Made by a program: the position numbers and the translations under genes
The notes under the pieces: model-generated
The model's database searches: none
What the model saw: the letters and a program-made list of their open reading frames with translations, nothing else
What the model was told of the DNA's origin: nothing
Assembly: GCA_963771355.1 (NCBI GenBank)
Contig: CAVYTA010000006.1
Location: 640,001-704,000 of the forward strand
Direction: 5' to 3'
DNA from: an uncultured Candidatus Rokubacteria bacterium
GTDB taxonomy: Bacteria; Methylomirabilota; Methylomirabilia; Rokubacteriales; CSP1-6
Length of the DNA stretch: 64,000 nucleotides
Part shown: in pieces, positions 1 through 10,258 of the stretch
Numbering within the stretch: the first letter of the stretch is position 1
Layout of the letters: every line of letters starts with the position of its first letter

Positions 1-771
1 CACCGGGTTGCCGACCACGCCGTCGCGCTTCACGGCGGTCCCGACGATGAGCCCGTCCGCCACTGCCAGGAGCTCGGCCGCCGTTCCCGGGGTGGCGCCC
101 GAGCCCACCAGGAGCGCGACATCCGGCGCCGCGTCGCGCACCCGCTTGAGGTCGCCGGGCGCGGTGGCTTCGCCGGTGGCAGCGCCGGAGACGATGAGCC
201 CGTCGGCGAGCCCGCGCTCGAGGCAGTCGCGCGCCTCCTGCTCCAGCGTGACGGCGGCCAGCGGGGCCGCGTGCTTGGTGCGCACGTCGGCGAGGATGCG
301 GACCTGGGCGCCGAGGAGGCGGCGCTCGCGGAGGAGCGCGTGGGCGTCTCCCTGGATGATGCCCTGATCGGTGAGCGTGGCCCCCACGTGGACGTTCACG
401 CGGATGAAGCGCGCGCCCACCGCCACCGCCACCGCGAGCGCCGAGCGGCCATCGCTGCGCAGCACGTTGATGCCGAGCGGGAGCGGCGCCGCGTCCGCGA
501 TCCGGCGGGCCACCGCGGCCATCGCCGCCACGGTGGCGGCGTCGACGCGGCCCGCGGTGAAGGGGACGTCGTGGAAATTCTCCACCAGCAGCGCGTCGGC
601 GCCGCCCTCGGCCAGCGCGCGGGCATCGGAGACGGCCCCGCGCGTCACGTCGTCGATGGAGCCCGCCCACCGGGGGCTCCCCGGGAGCGGCGCGAGGTGC
701 ACCATGCCGATCACGCCGCGCGCGACGCCGATGATGGGACCGAGTCCCGCGCGCGCGTCGGGCAAAGCCAT
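1..771 (-). CDS. btpA: BtpA/SgcQ family protein (runs off left edge)
   Basis: Manual minus-strand translation from ATG at 771: MALPDARAGLGPIIGVARGVIGMVHLAPLPGSPRW...ENFHDVPF...GINVLRSD...ADVRTKHA...ADGLIVSG, all typical BtpA motifs. Absent from the ORF track because the stop lies outside the window. Confidence 0.85.
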   Translation of the reverse strand, partial: MALPDARAGLGPIIGVARGVIGMVHLAPLPGSPRWAGSIDDVTRGAVSDARALAEGGADALLVENFHDVPFTAGRVDAATVAAMAAVARRIADAAPLPLGINVLRSDGRSALAVAVAVGARFIRVNVHVGATLTDQGIIQGDAHALLRERRLLGAQVRILADVRTKHAAPLAAVTLEQEARDCLERGLADGLIVSGAATGEATAPGDLKRVRDAAPDVALLVGSGATPGTAAELLAVADGLIVGTAVKRDGVVGNPV

Positions 772-808
772 GGCGAAATGATAGCACGCGGAGTATCATC
801 GATTCGGA

Positions 809-1099
809 ATGAGCCCCGTCGACGTGGCGCGTCCACCACGCGTGTTCTACGGATGGTGGGTGGCCCTGGCGTTCGTGATCATCGTGTTCCTCACCACCGG
901 CGTACGCTTCACCGTCGGCCCCTTCCTCAAGCCCATCGTGTCCGACCTCGGGCTCGATCGCGGCAGCTTCTCGCTGGTGATCTCGCTGTCACTGTTCCTC
1001 TACGGCGCGTTCATGCCGCTGGTGGGCGGTCTGGTGGACCGCATGGGCGCGCGGCTCATGCCGCGGCCCGAGCCGCGGCCCGTCGCGGGTGGCCGATGA
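809..1099 (+). pseudogene. Truncated MFS transporter (N-terminal ~2 TM helices only)
   Basis: FYGWWV...GGLVDRMGAR (MFS motif A-like); stops after 96 aa with no continuation. Confidence 0.65.
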
Positions 1100-2246
1100 G
1101 CGACCACCGACACGTGATGCGCGAGCCGCCGCTCCGCCACGCCTCGCCGCTCCCCGGGTGACGGGCGTGCGCGTCCTGCGCGAGCTTCTCGCGCGTGCGC
1201 TCGGGCGACCGCGTCCGACCAAGCGGGCGCTCGTGCTTGCCGGAGGCGGCGTCATCGGCGGCATGTACGAGGTGGGCGCGCTGGCCGCCCTGGACGAGGC
1301 CCTGCCGGGCTTTCACGCCAACGACTTCGACGTCTACGTGGGGTCGAGCGCGGGCTCGGTGGTGGCGGCGCTGATGGCCAACGGCGTCCGGCCCCTCGAC
1401 CTCTACCACATCCTCGAGGAGAGCCGTGACGACCCGCTCAACTTCCACAGCGGCTCGGTGTACCACCGCGGGGCGGTCGCCGACGCGGGTCGCAGCTTTC
1501 TCCGTCTGGTGTGGGCGGTGGGCAAGAACCTCGCCACCAATTTTCGCCTGGACTGGCCGGACATCCTCGCCCGCAGCCGGCCCGACATGCCGGCCGGCTT
1601 CTTCTCGGTGCGGCAACTGGAGGAATTCCTTCGGCGCGCCTTTCTCGCCCGCGGCATCCCCAACGACTTCCGCGCCTGCGTGCGGCCCCTGCTGATCCCC
1701 GCCATGGACCTGGATCGCGCCGAGCGGGTGGTGTTCGGCACCGGGGCGTTCGCCGAGGTGCCGGTGTCCGAGGCGATCGCCGCGTCGTCGGCGATTCCCG
1801 GTTTCTTCGAGCCGTTTCGCATCGGGGAGCGCGATTTCATCGACGGGGACGTCGGGCATACCGGCCACGCCGACCTTGCCGTCCAGGCGGGGGCGGACGT
1901 GGTGGTGGTGGTGAATCCGCTGGTCCCCCTCCGCACCGACGGGCGGGCGCCCGCGCTGCGCGGGCAGGGGCTCTACGGGATCCTGGAGCAGGTGGGCCGG
2001 ATCAATAGCCAGTCGCTGCTGGAGCTGGGCCTGCGCGAGCTCGCGCTGCGGCGTCCCGGCATCGAGATCCATCTCGTGCAGCCTCCGGCGCTGGACACGC
2101 CTCTCTTCGGCCCGTCCATGGGGTTCGAGGCGAGCCGTCAGGCGCTCCGCTTCGGTCACGACTCCGTGGAGCAGTGGCTGGAGCGAGAGGGCGCCCGGAT
2201 GCGACGGCGCTTCGGCGTCTCGGCCGCCGGAAGCGCCCAGACCTGA
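1089..2246 (+). CDS. Patatin-like phospholipase (start may be ~1159)
   Basis: LVLAGGG, GSSAG nucleophile elbow, FIDGD. Confidence 0.85.
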   Translation: MADERPPTRDARAAAPPRLAAPRVTGVRVLRELLARALGRPRPTKRALVLAGGGVIGGMYEVGALAALDEALPGFHANDFDVYVGSSAGSVVAALMANGVRPLDLYHILEESRDDPLNFHSGSVYHRGAVADAGRSFLRLVWAVGKNLATNFRLDWPDILARSRPDMPAGFFSVRQLEEFLRRAFLARGIPNDFRACVRPLLIPAMDLDRAERVVFGTGAFAEVPVSEAIAASSAIPGFFEPFRIGERDFIDGDVGHTGHADLAVQAGADVVVVVNPLVPLRTDGRAPALRGQGLYGILEQVGRINSQSLLELGLRELALRRPGIEIHLVQPPALDTPLFGPSMGFEASRQALRFGHDSVEQWLEREGARMRRRFGVSAAGSAQT

Positions 2247-2336
2247 GCGATTGCGGACGGTCGTCCGCGACACGCGACTCGTTGGCCTCGCCCGAGGGTT
2301 GCCGTGCCCGCGCGGGGCGGTGTATCCTCGCCTGCC

Positions 2337-2846
2337 ATGGCCTCTCCCTCGCCGGTGGGTGTGCTGGTTCTTCACGGGCCCAACCTCAATCTTCTCGGGC
2401 GGCGGGAGCCCGCGGTGTACGGGCGGACCTCGCTGGCCGAGGTGAACCGCCTCCTCGAGCGCCACGCCACCGCGCGGGGCGCGCGGGTGAGCTGCCGGCA
2501 GTCCAACCACGAAGGGCAGCTGATCGACTGGATCCAGGGAGCGGCGGGCGAGGGCTTCGGCGCGGTGGTGCTCAACCCCGGCGCCTTGACCCACTACTCG
2601 GTGGCGCTTCGCGACGTGATCGCGGCGGTGGCGCTACCGGTGGTGGAGGTTCACCTCTCGAACATCCATGGCCGCGAGGAGTTCCGGCGTCACTCGGTGA
2701 CGGCGGCGCCGGCGGCCGGCCAGATCTCCGGCTTCGGTCCGCAGAGCTATGTGCTCGGGGTGGACGCCGCTCTCCACCTGCTCGCCCGCCGGGGGGCCTC
2801 GCCCCGTGCGCGGGCCCGCCGCCCGGCCTCACGGCCGGCGCGGTGA
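2337..2846 (+). CDS. aroQ: Type II 3-dehydroquinate dehydratase
   Basis: HGPNLNLLGRREPAVYG, QSNHEG, NPGALTHYS, EVHLSN. Confidence 0.95.
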   Translation: MASPSPVGVLVLHGPNLNLLGRREPAVYGRTSLAEVNRLLERHATARGARVSCRQSNHEGQLIDWIQGAAGEGFGAVVLNPGALTHYSVALRDVIAAVALPVVEVHLSNIHGREEFRRHSVTAAPAAGQISGFGPQSYVLGVDAALHLLARRGASPRARARRPASRPAR

Positions 2847-2917
2847 ATGTCGGGCCTCACCCCGGCGTCCTATCCCTCGAGTAGTGGGCGCGGGGGCCGC
2901 GCGTCGGGCCCCCGGTC

Positions 2918-4018
2918 GTGACCACGGGAGACGTGCCTCCCGTCCCCGAGGAGGCGGAGCTGATCCGCCGCTGCCAGGCGGGCGACGTCTCCGCCTTCGA
3001 GCCCCTCGTGGAGAAGTACCGGCAGCGGGTGTGGCGGCTCGCCTTTCAGGTGCTGCGCGACCGGGAGGAGGCGTGGGACTGCGCCCAGGAGGCATTCGTC
3101 CGCGCCTTCCAGTCGCTGTCGCGCTTCCGTGGCCAGTCGGCCTTTTACACCTGGCTGTTCCGGATCACCGTGAACGTCGCAACGGATCGTCACCGCTCGC
3201 GCAGTGCGAGGGCGCGCGCCTTCGGACCCGAGCAGGTGCCGGAGGAGGAGTGGGCGCGCACCGCGACGGATCTCGGCGGCAAGCCGGACGACGCCGCGCT
3301 CGGCGCCGAGCGGCGCGCGCGCATCCAGCAGGCCCTCGACTCCTTGCCGCTCAAGGCGCGAACGATTATCATGCTCAGTGATATCGAAGGGTTGTCATAC
3401 CGTGAGATCTCCCAGGTCCTCAATTGCCCCATCGGGACGGTGATGTCCAGACTGCATAACGCCCGCAGAAAGCTGCGGGCGCTCCTCGGCCCGATGCTCG
3501 TCGCGCTGCTCGTCCTGGGCGGAGTCCTCGACGTGGGCGCCGCGTGGGCGCAGCCGGTCGTCCGCTTCGGCGTCCGCGTGCTCCAGGCCTCCTCGTCCCC
3601 GCCGCCCACCGCGGTGCCCGCGGCCCCGGGACAGCGGCCGGGCGTTTCCGGGTCTCCCGTCCCGGGCACGGCTCCCGAGGTGGAGACCGACGAACGCCTG
3701 CGGGCCATCCTGCCCCGGTTGCGTACCCTGTTCCGGTACACCGACTACACGACCCTCGACCGGCAGCGGGCCGAAGGGCCGCTGGGCACGCTGCAGCGGT
3801 TCACGCTCCCCGGTCCGCGCCAGCTCGAGGTGACGCCGGACCAGCTCCAGGGCAATTCGGTCCGGATGCGGGTGCGGCTCCTCCGCGACGATCAGCCCGA
3901 GCTTCGCACCGTCATCGTCGCCGCTCCCGGCGCCCCCGCGGTGCTGGGTGGCCCCTCTCACGGCGACGGAGTGCTCATCATCATCCTCTGGGCCAACCCC
4001 AACCCCACGGACCGGTGA
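2918..4018 (+). CDS. ECF sigma factor with C-terminal TM/signal-like segment and exported domain
   Basis: Sigma2 (DCAQEAFVRA, FYTWLFRITVN) and sigma4 (GLSYREIS...GTVMSRLHNAR), then hydrophobic MLVALLVLGGVLDVGAAWAQ and ~155 further aa. Confidence 0.85.
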   Translation: MTTGDVPPVPEEAELIRRCQAGDVSAFEPLVEKYRQRVWRLAFQVLRDREEAWDCAQEAFVRAFQSLSRFRGQSAFYTWLFRITVNVATDRHRSRSARARAFGPEQVPEEEWARTATDLGGKPDDAALGAERRARIQQALDSLPLKARTIIMLSDIEGLSYREISQVLNCPIGTVMSRLHNARRKLRALLGPMLVALLVLGGVLDVGAAWAQPVVRFGVRVLQASSSPPPTAVPAAPGQRPGVSGSPVPGTAPEVETDERLRAILPRLRTLFRYTDYTTLDRQRAEGPLGTLQRFTLPGPRQLEVTPDQLQGNSVRMRVRLLRDDQPELRTVIVAAPGAPAVLGGPSHGDGVLIIILWANPNPTDR

Positions 4019-4020
4019 GC

Positions 4021-5544
4021 ATGAGCGAGGAGCGCTACTTCCGCGAGCGGGCCCGCATCGAGCAGGGACACCTGAAGTACCGCGACAAGCTCCGCGAAGA
4101 AGGCAAGCTCTTCGTTCGCGACCGCCTCAAGCTCCTCCTCGACCCGGGCTCGGAGTTCCAGGAGGATTTCCTCTTCGCCCGCAATCAAGAAGCGGACACG
4201 CCCGCCGACGGCGTGGTCACCGGGGTGGGCATGGTGGGCGGGCGTCCCGTCTGCGTCATGGCCAACGACTACACGGTGAAGGCGGGGTCCTGGGGCGAGA
4301 AGACGGTGCAGAAGATCGTCCGCATCCAGGAACGCGCGGAGCGCCTCCAGCTTCCGCTCCTCTACCTCGTGGACGCCGCCGGCGGGCGCATCTCGGAGCA
4401 GATCAAGATCTTCCCCGGGCGCTATCACGCCGGCCGCATCTTCTACAACGAGGTGCGGCTGTCCGGGGTGGTGCCGCAGGTCTGCATCCTCTTCGGGCCG
4501 TCGCCGGCCGGCTCCGCGTATCTGCCCGCCCTCACCGACCTCGTCATCATGGTGGACGGCAAGGCGAGTCTGTACGTCGGCTCGCCCAGGATGGTCGAGA
4601 TGGCGATCGGCGAGAAGACGACGCTGGAGGAGCTGGGGGGCGCGCGCATGCACTGCACCGTCTCGGGCTGCGGCGACGTGCTCGCGGCCACGGACGAGGA
4701 CGCCATCGCGCTGGCCCGCCGCTATCTCGCCTTCATGCCCGGCTCGTACCGCGACCGGCCCGCACCGACAGAGGCGGCGCCACCCAAGCCGGGCCGGGCC
4801 ATCGAGGAGATCGTGCCCTTCGACCAGCGCAAGTGGTTCGACATGTACGAGCTGATCGACCGGATCGTGGACGCGGACAGCTTCTTCGAGGTGAAGCGGC
4901 TCTTCGCGGCGGAGATCGTGGTGGGGCTCGCGCGCCTCGGGGGCCGCGCGGTGGGCGTCGTGGCCAATCAGCCCAAGGTCAAGGGCGGGGTCCTGATGGT
5001 GGACTCCTCCGACAAGGCCGCGCGCTTCATCAATCTCTGCAATGCCTTCAATATCCCGCTCGTCTACCTCGCCGACGTCCCCGGGTTCATGGTGGGCAGC
5101 AAGGTCGAGCGGGCGGGCATCATCCGCCACGGCGCCAAGATGGTGTTCGCGACCTCGCAGGCCACCGTGCCGAAGATCTGTGTGGTGGTGCGGAAGTGTT
5201 ATGGCGCCGGCCTCTATGCCATGTGCGGTCCCGCCTTCGAGCCCGACGCCGCCCTCGCGCTTCCCCAGGGGCAGGTGGCCATCATGGGGCCGGAGCCCGC
5301 CGTCAATGCCGTCTACTACAACAAGATCATGGAGCTGCCGGAGGCGGAGCGCGCCGCCTACGTCAAGCAGAAGCGGGACGAGTACGCGGAGGACGTGGAC
5401 ATCTACAAGCTGGCCTCGGAGATGCTCGTGGACGGCATCGTGTCGGGTAGCGAGCTGCGCGACGAGCTGATCAAGCGGCTGACCTTCGCCGAGTCGAAGC
5501 AGCACGCCTTCCCGCCCCGGCGCAATCCCGTCCTCCCGGTCTGA
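4021..5544 (+). CDS. Acyl-CoA carboxylase carboxyltransferase (beta) subunit
   Basis: ADGVVTG, DYTVKAGS, LGGARMH, DVPGFMVG, GIIRHGAK. Confidence 0.92.
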   Translation: MSEERYFRERARIEQGHLKYRDKLREEGKLFVRDRLKLLLDPGSEFQEDFLFARNQEADTPADGVVTGVGMVGGRPVCVMANDYTVKAGSWGEKTVQKIVRIQERAERLQLPLLYLVDAAGGRISEQIKIFPGRYHAGRIFYNEVRLSGVVPQVCILFGPSPAGSAYLPALTDLVIMVDGKASLYVGSPRMVEMAIGEKTTLEELGGARMHCTVSGCGDVLAATDEDAIALARRYLAFMPGSYRDRPAPTEAAPPKPGRAIEEIVPFDQRKWFDMYELIDRIVDADSFFEVKRLFAAEIVVGLARLGGRAVGVVANQPKVKGGVLMVDSSDKAARFINLCNAFNIPLVYLADVPGFMVGSKVERAGIIRHGAKMVFATSQATVPKICVVVRKCYGAGLYAMCGPAFEPDAALALPQGQVAIMGPEPAVNAVYYNKIMELPEAERAAYVKQKRDEYAEDVDIYKLASEMLVDGIVSGSELRDELIKRLTFAESKQHAFPPRRNPVLPV

Positions 5545-5557
5545 GGCGGCGCGCGGC

Positions 5558-6325
5558 ATGAGCGGTGCCTCGGCCGTCGCGAGCCTCGTCCTGGCGCTGC
5601 GATTCCTCACCATCGTCCCGGTGCCGGGACGCGCGAGCGCGGGGCCGGCCGCGCTGGGCCGCGCCGCCTGGTGGTTTCCCCCGGTGGGCCTGGCGCTGGG
5701 ACTGGTCCTGGCCGGCGCCGATCGCGCGCTGCTGCTGGTGTTCCCTTCGCTCCTCGCCGCCGCGCTCGTGGTGACCCTCTGGAAGGTCCTCACCGGCGGT
5801 CTGCATCTGGACGGCCTGGCCGACGGCCTCGACGGCCTTGCCGGCCGTGACGCCGCACACCGGCTCGCCATCATGCGCGACAGTCGCATCGGGGTCTTCG
5901 GTGCGGTGGGAGTGATCCTCGCTCTTCTCCTCTCGCTCGTGGCCCTGGCCGAGCTGCCCGCGCCGGCGCGCGCGGCCGCGCTGGTCCTGGCTCCCGTGGT
6001 GGGTCGGCTGGCCCCGCTGCTGACGGGCGCGCTGTTCCCCGCGGCGACGCCCTCCTCGGGCGCGGGCGATGCCTTCATGGCGTCTCTGCCGCGCGCGGCC
6101 GGTCTCCTGTACGGAGCGGTGGTGGTGATCCTCGCCGGTTTCTTGCTCGGCCCACGGGGCGTCGCGATGGTGGCGACGGGAGTCGCCGCGGCGATGATCT
6201 GGTCCGCCTTCCTCGTCCGCCGGGTGGGGGGACTTACCGGAGACGGGCTCGGCGCCGGCGTGGAGCTGGCGGAGCTCGGGGTGCTGCTCGCGGCGTCGGC
6301 CGACGTCCGACTCACCGGAGCCTGA
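5558..6325 (+). CDS. cobS: Adenosylcobinamide-GDP ribazoletransferase (cobalamin synthase)
   Basis: FLTIVP, TGGLHLDGLAD, IMRDSRIGVFG, GGLTGD..GA..E. Confidence 0.95.
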   Translation: MSGASAVASLVLALRFLTIVPVPGRASAGPAALGRAAWWFPPVGLALGLVLAGADRALLLVFPSLLAAALVVTLWKVLTGGLHLDGLADGLDGLAGRDAAHRLAIMRDSRIGVFGAVGVILALLLSLVALAELPAPARAAALVLAPVVGRLAPLLTGALFPAATPSSGAGDAFMASLPRAAGLLYGAVVVILAGFLLGPRGVAMVATGVAAAMIWSAFLVRRVGGLTGDGLGAGVELAELGVLLAASADVRLTGA

Positions 6326-6934
6326 GTGTCCACGACCGTCTATCTGGTGCGGCATGGCGCGGTGGTCGGCGCCGAGACCCGTCGCTTCATCGGACATCTC
6401 GACGTCCCGCTCTCGCCGCACGGCGAGGCGCAGATCGCGGCCCTGGGCCGGCGCCTGGCCTCGGTGCGCCTGGCGGCGGTGTACTCGAGCGACCTCGTGC
6501 GGACGCGACGGAGCGCCGAGATCCTCGCCGCGCCGCACCGCCTCGCCGCCTTGCCTCTCGCCGGGCTCCGCGAGTTCGCCATGGGGCGCTGGGAAGGACT
6601 CACCGCGGAGGAGATCCGCGCCCGGGCGCCGGACGCCTTCACGGCGTGGATGGCGGATGTGGGGCGCTTCCAGTTTCCCGGCGGGGAATGTCTCGAGCAG
6701 GTGGCGAGCCGGTCCTGGTCCGCCTTCGAGGACATCGTGGCCGCCCACGAGGACCAACCGGTCGCCATCGTCGCCCACGGCGGCAGCAACCGCGCGATTC
6801 TGTGCCGGGCCCTGGGCATTCCGCTGGCGCGACTGCTCGCGCTGGGCCAGGACTATGCCGCGCTCTCCGTGCTGGAGCGGATGGCGGGACGCTGGTCGCT
6901 CACCCTGCTGAACCATCGCGAGCCCCTCGCCTGA
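6326..6934 (+). CDS. cobC: Histidine phosphatase, probable alpha-ribazole phosphatase
   Basis: LVRHG, SSDL.R, HGG motifs; abuts cobS. Confidence 0.8.
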   Translation: MSTTVYLVRHGAVVGAETRRFIGHLDVPLSPHGEAQIAALGRRLASVRLAAVYSSDLVRTRRSAEILAAPHRLAALPLAGLREFAMGRWEGLTAEEIRARAPDAFTAWMADVGRFQFPGGECLEQVASRSWSAFEDIVAAHEDQPVAIVAHGGSNRAILCRALGIPLARLLALGQDYAALSVLERMAGRWSLTLLNHREPLA

Positions 6935-7039
6935 GCGAGGGCCACCGGGGGGTGACCAGTTTTTTGGACACTTGAAACACCGAGGCTCCGGCATCACCAT
7001 CGCCAGGACTTCTGACGCCAGGGACCCGCGGGGACACTC

Positions 7040-7531
7040 ATGAGAGGAGCAGACGACATACCCGGCGACGGACTGAGGTCGAGGCGCCTCTCCGGTACGC
7101 GCCACCGTTCGAGAGCCGCCGGTTTCACCCTGGTCGAGATCCTGATCGCGGCGGCGGTGATCGGGCTCGGGCTGGTGGGCGTCGCGGCGGGATTCCTCCA
7201 TGCCGTCGGTGGGCTCGAGGCCGGCCGGCAGCAGACGACGGCGGCGTTCCTCGCCGAGCAACGGATCGAGCAGCTCAAGGCGGGCGCGCTGAACCGCTTC
7301 CTGGAGGTGACCACCGCCAACTATCCCAGCGAAGGGTACGGGAGCGTCTCGAGCAACGGCAACCCGATGCCGAGCTACCGGCGTACGGTCACGATCGTCG
7401 ACGCGCCGGACGGGCTCGGTCGCACCAAGCTGGTGGAAGTCACCGTGTCCTACCGGCCGGTGGTGGGGTTCGGCGTCCTGGCCGCCGAGCGCCAGGTTCG
7501 CCTCTCGGCCCTCCTCACGGATCGCACATGA
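7040..7531 (+). CDS. Prepilin-type N-methylation domain protein (PilV-like minor pilin)
   Basis: AG|FTLVEILIA class III signal peptide. Confidence 0.8.
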   Translation: MRGADDIPGDGLRSRRLSGTRHRSRAAGFTLVEILIAAAVIGLGLVGVAAGFLHAVGGLEAGRQQTTAAFLAEQRIEQLKAGALNRFLEVTTANYPSEGYGSVSSNGNPMPSYRRTVTIVDAPDGLGRTKLVEVTVSYRPVVGFGVLAAERQVRLSALLTDRT

Positions 7532-9030
7532 GCCCTGGGCGCCATCTGCTTCTCGATGAGCGCGGCGTGGCGCTCCCGCTGGCGATGATCGTCCTGGTGG
7601 CCCTCACCATGATGGTCTTGGCCTCCCTCACGCTGGCCGGCGTAGAGCCGCAGATCTCCCAGAACCTCACCGACACCGCCCGGGCCCGCTACCTGGCGGA
7701 GTCGGGTGTGGAGTGGGCGTTCAGGCAGCTAGCGGCCTCGCCGGTGGAGGGCGCGTCCCCGTACTTCGCCGCGAGCCTGCTGACGGGTCCCGACGGCCGG
7801 CAGAACACCGCCGACGACCAGCAGCCGACCGGCGTGCCGGGCCAGAACACTGCGGCCATGCTGACGACGCTGGGCGCCCCCAGCCCGCTCCCCACCAGGA
7901 CCCTCGCGGAGGGGACGTACGCGGTGACGGTGCGGAACGACAACCTGGCCAACGACGACAGGTTCACCGGCATCGCGGTGGACTCCGGAGGGCAATTCAC
8001 CGACGACAACGGCATCGTCATCGTGACCTCCACCGGACGGTTCCGTGGCGCCACCCGCACCGTCCAGGTGGCGGTCAAGCGCATCAGCATCCCGTCCTTC
8101 CCGGGCGCGGTGAACCTTGCCGGAGTCCGCGCCGATACCTTCCTCGGCGGCAACGTGAATGCCGGCAACGCGAGCCGCTACGACATCGATGGGCGCGACT
8201 ACGACCGGAGCGGTACCCGGCAGGCCGCGAACCCGAACAAGCTGGGCATCCAGGTGCAGCCGGGCACGCCGGCCGACCTGGGAATCTCTTACGAGGCCCG
8301 CGTGGAGCAGCCCTTCGACGATGCCGGCATCTGCACCGACGGCGACTGCAGCCCCGTCACCAAGGCCGCCAACCAGGCCGCCCGGCTCGGCATCGTCAAG
8401 GGCAAGGATCAGACCACGGGCACCGAAGCCACCGGCGCGAGCGCCATCGGCCCGGATGGGGCGCTGACGCCGGCGAGCATGTCGCGGTTCCTGTCCGAGG
8501 TCGCCTCGAATCCGGCGACCCAGACTCTTCGGAGCACTCCGGCTTGCCCGACGGTGATGACGGGGGGGACCAGCAGCGCCAGCACCACGCCCACGATCAC
8601 CAGCGGGTGCGGGCCGAGCCAGACCGTGAACCTGGGCACCACCTCGGACCCCAAGCTGGTCTATGTCCGCGGGGAGCCGGCCACCGGCTCGTCGTTCGCG
8701 GCGTTGACCCTGAGCAACATGATCCAGGGCGCCGGCATCCTGATCGTCGAGGACGGGGCGCTGCAGCAGTCCGGAACCCTGCGCTGGGATGGGCTGGTGA
8801 TCGTGACCGGCCGGTACGTGTCGGCCGCCTTCCGCTCGGGTAGCCACACCACGATCTACGGGGCGCTCACGGGCATGGAGTCCCTGCCGGACGACTCCGG
8901 CGGATCCTTCGACTTCTTCCTCGACGACAACATCGACTTCCGCGTGCGAGCGAGCAAGCAGAACCTCGACATGGTTCAACAGATGCTCTCCGTGCACAAG
9001 ATCCTTACCTGGCGCGAGAGCCCGGGGTGA
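7528..9030 (+). CDS. PilX N-terminal domain protein (minor pilin/adhesin-like)
   Basis: ERGVALPLAMIVL...ARYLAESGVEWA; C-terminal GAGILIV..G.L...G...WDGLVIV. Confidence 0.75.
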   Translation: MSPGRHLLLDERGVALPLAMIVLVALTMMVLASLTLAGVEPQISQNLTDTARARYLAESGVEWAFRQLAASPVEGASPYFAASLLTGPDGRQNTADDQQPTGVPGQNTAAMLTTLGAPSPLPTRTLAEGTYAVTVRNDNLANDDRFTGIAVDSGGQFTDDNGIVIVTSTGRFRGATRTVQVAVKRISIPSFPGAVNLAGVRADTFLGGNVNAGNASRYDIDGRDYDRSGTRQAANPNKLGIQVQPGTPADLGISYEARVEQPFDDAGICTDGDCSPVTKAANQAARLGIVKGKDQTTGTEATGASAIGPDGALTPASMSRFLSEVASNPATQTLRSTPACPTVMTGGTSSASTTPTITSGCGPSQTVNLGTTSDPKLVYVRGEPATGSSFAALTLSNMIQGAGILIVEDGALQQSGTLRWDGLVIVTGRYVSAAFRSGSHTTIYGALTGMESLPDDSGGSFDFFLDDNIDFRVRASKQNLDMVQQMLSVHKILTWRESPG

Positions 9031-9037
9031 GACGAGG

Positions 9038-9451
9038 CTAGCGGCGCAGCGCGAGGGCGCCCGGACCGAGGAAGACCTGGGCGAGGGTGGCGGCGAGGAC
9101 CAGCATCACGTACTCGTACCCCTCACCCCGGCCGACGAAGAATCCGTGCTTGAGATGCACCAGGAAGAACGCCCCCGCCATGATCGGCAGGTTGGCGAGC
9201 GCGGCCCATCGCGTGAACAAGCCGAGGATGAGCAGCGCGCCGCCCAGGCCGTGGGCGACGATGAGATACCAGGCGCCGATCTCGGGGACGGGCAGCCCCA
9301 GGCTGTGCTGGAAGGCGGTGGTCCCCCGCGGCCCCATGACCACGAGGGCGTGGTACGCGTGCATGAGAAAGATCACGCCGAGCGTGATCCGGAGAATGGT
9401 GGCGCCGTAGCTTTCCAGGGAGACCGAGGGGCCGGCACCGCCCTTGGCCAA
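9038..9451 (-). CDS. DoxX family membrane protein
   Basis: LRITLGVIFLMH...GLFTRWAA...GYEY...GPGALAL. Confidence 0.88.
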   Translation of the reverse strand: MAKGGAGPSVSLESYGATILRITLGVIFLMHAYHALVVMGPRGTTAFQHSLGLPVPEIGAWYLIVAHGLGGALLILGLFTRWAALANLPIMAGAFFLVHLKHGFFVGRGEGYEYVMLVLAATLAQVFLGPGALALRR

Positions 9452-9461
9452 GGGGAGCCGG

Positions 9462-10136
9462 TCAGGGCTTCTTGAAGAGGATCTCGCCGACGTATGACTC
9501 GGCGGAGGACTTGGTGTCGTTGGAATCGATGGCGACGGACACGGCGCCCAGCGGCTCGGTCAGCGCCTCGCCGTAGATCTTCTGGTAGTCGTCGCAGACA
9601 TTCCGGCTCTCGGTGAACCACTTCCCCAGCCCGTCCGGGCCCGACCGCATCACCACGTACGTCACCGTCCCCGTCTTCTCGCTGCGCGCGATGGTGCCGA
9701 CGGGCGCGGTCGTGTCCCAGACATATCCGATGATGCGTGAGCGCACTGCTTGCGGAAAGCGCGGGAAGGTGAGGTAGATCTGGACGGCCTGATCGTCGGT
9801 CTCCTTCTTGCGCGAGTCGGCGCCCTTGGGCAGAACCACTGCCTTCCAGCGCCACTGCAGCACGCAGGTCGGCTTGAGATCGAGCTTGAGCTCCTTGTTG
9901 ATGGTGGAGCCTTCGTTCTGGCTCTTCATGTGGAGCACTTTCGCCGGACCGTCGGCCTCGATGACGAAGTCGTACTTCGGGCTGCCCCAGTTCTGTACCT
10001 GCCAGCCATCGGGGATGCCGGTCTTGCCTACGGCCTGCTTGGACCAGTCCTCGACGACGGTGTTTCCCTGCGCGGCGGCCAGGGAAGCGGCGGCGAGTCC
10101 GAGCACGGCGATCAGGGCGAGGGTCTGGCGCGTCAT
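9462..10136 (-). CDS. DUF3047-like exported protein
   Basis: Signal peptide; LQWRWK, DD.A..IY, YVWD, W..ESRNV..DY...YG, DSNDT. Confidence 0.8.
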   Translation of the reverse strand: MTRQTLALIAVLGLAAASLAAAQGNTVVEDWSKQAVGKTGIPDGWQVQNWGSPKYDFVIEADGPAKVLHMKSQNEGSTINKELKLDLKPTCVLQWRWKAVVLPKGADSRKKETDDQAVQIYLTFPRFPQAVRSRIIGYVWDTTAPVGTIARSEKTGTVTYVVMRSGPDGLGKWFTESRNVCDDYQKIYGEALTEPLGAVSVAIDSNDTKSSAESYVGEILFKKP

Positions 10137-10258
10137 GGTCTCAAATAGGATAACCGAGGGGCTGGCGAGATGTTCCCCGTTTTCCGCGCCGTCCCCCGGA
10201 AAATCTCCACCGCGCCTGGATCGGTCATGCGCGGCCCCTGTGCTAGTGTAATTCTGCG

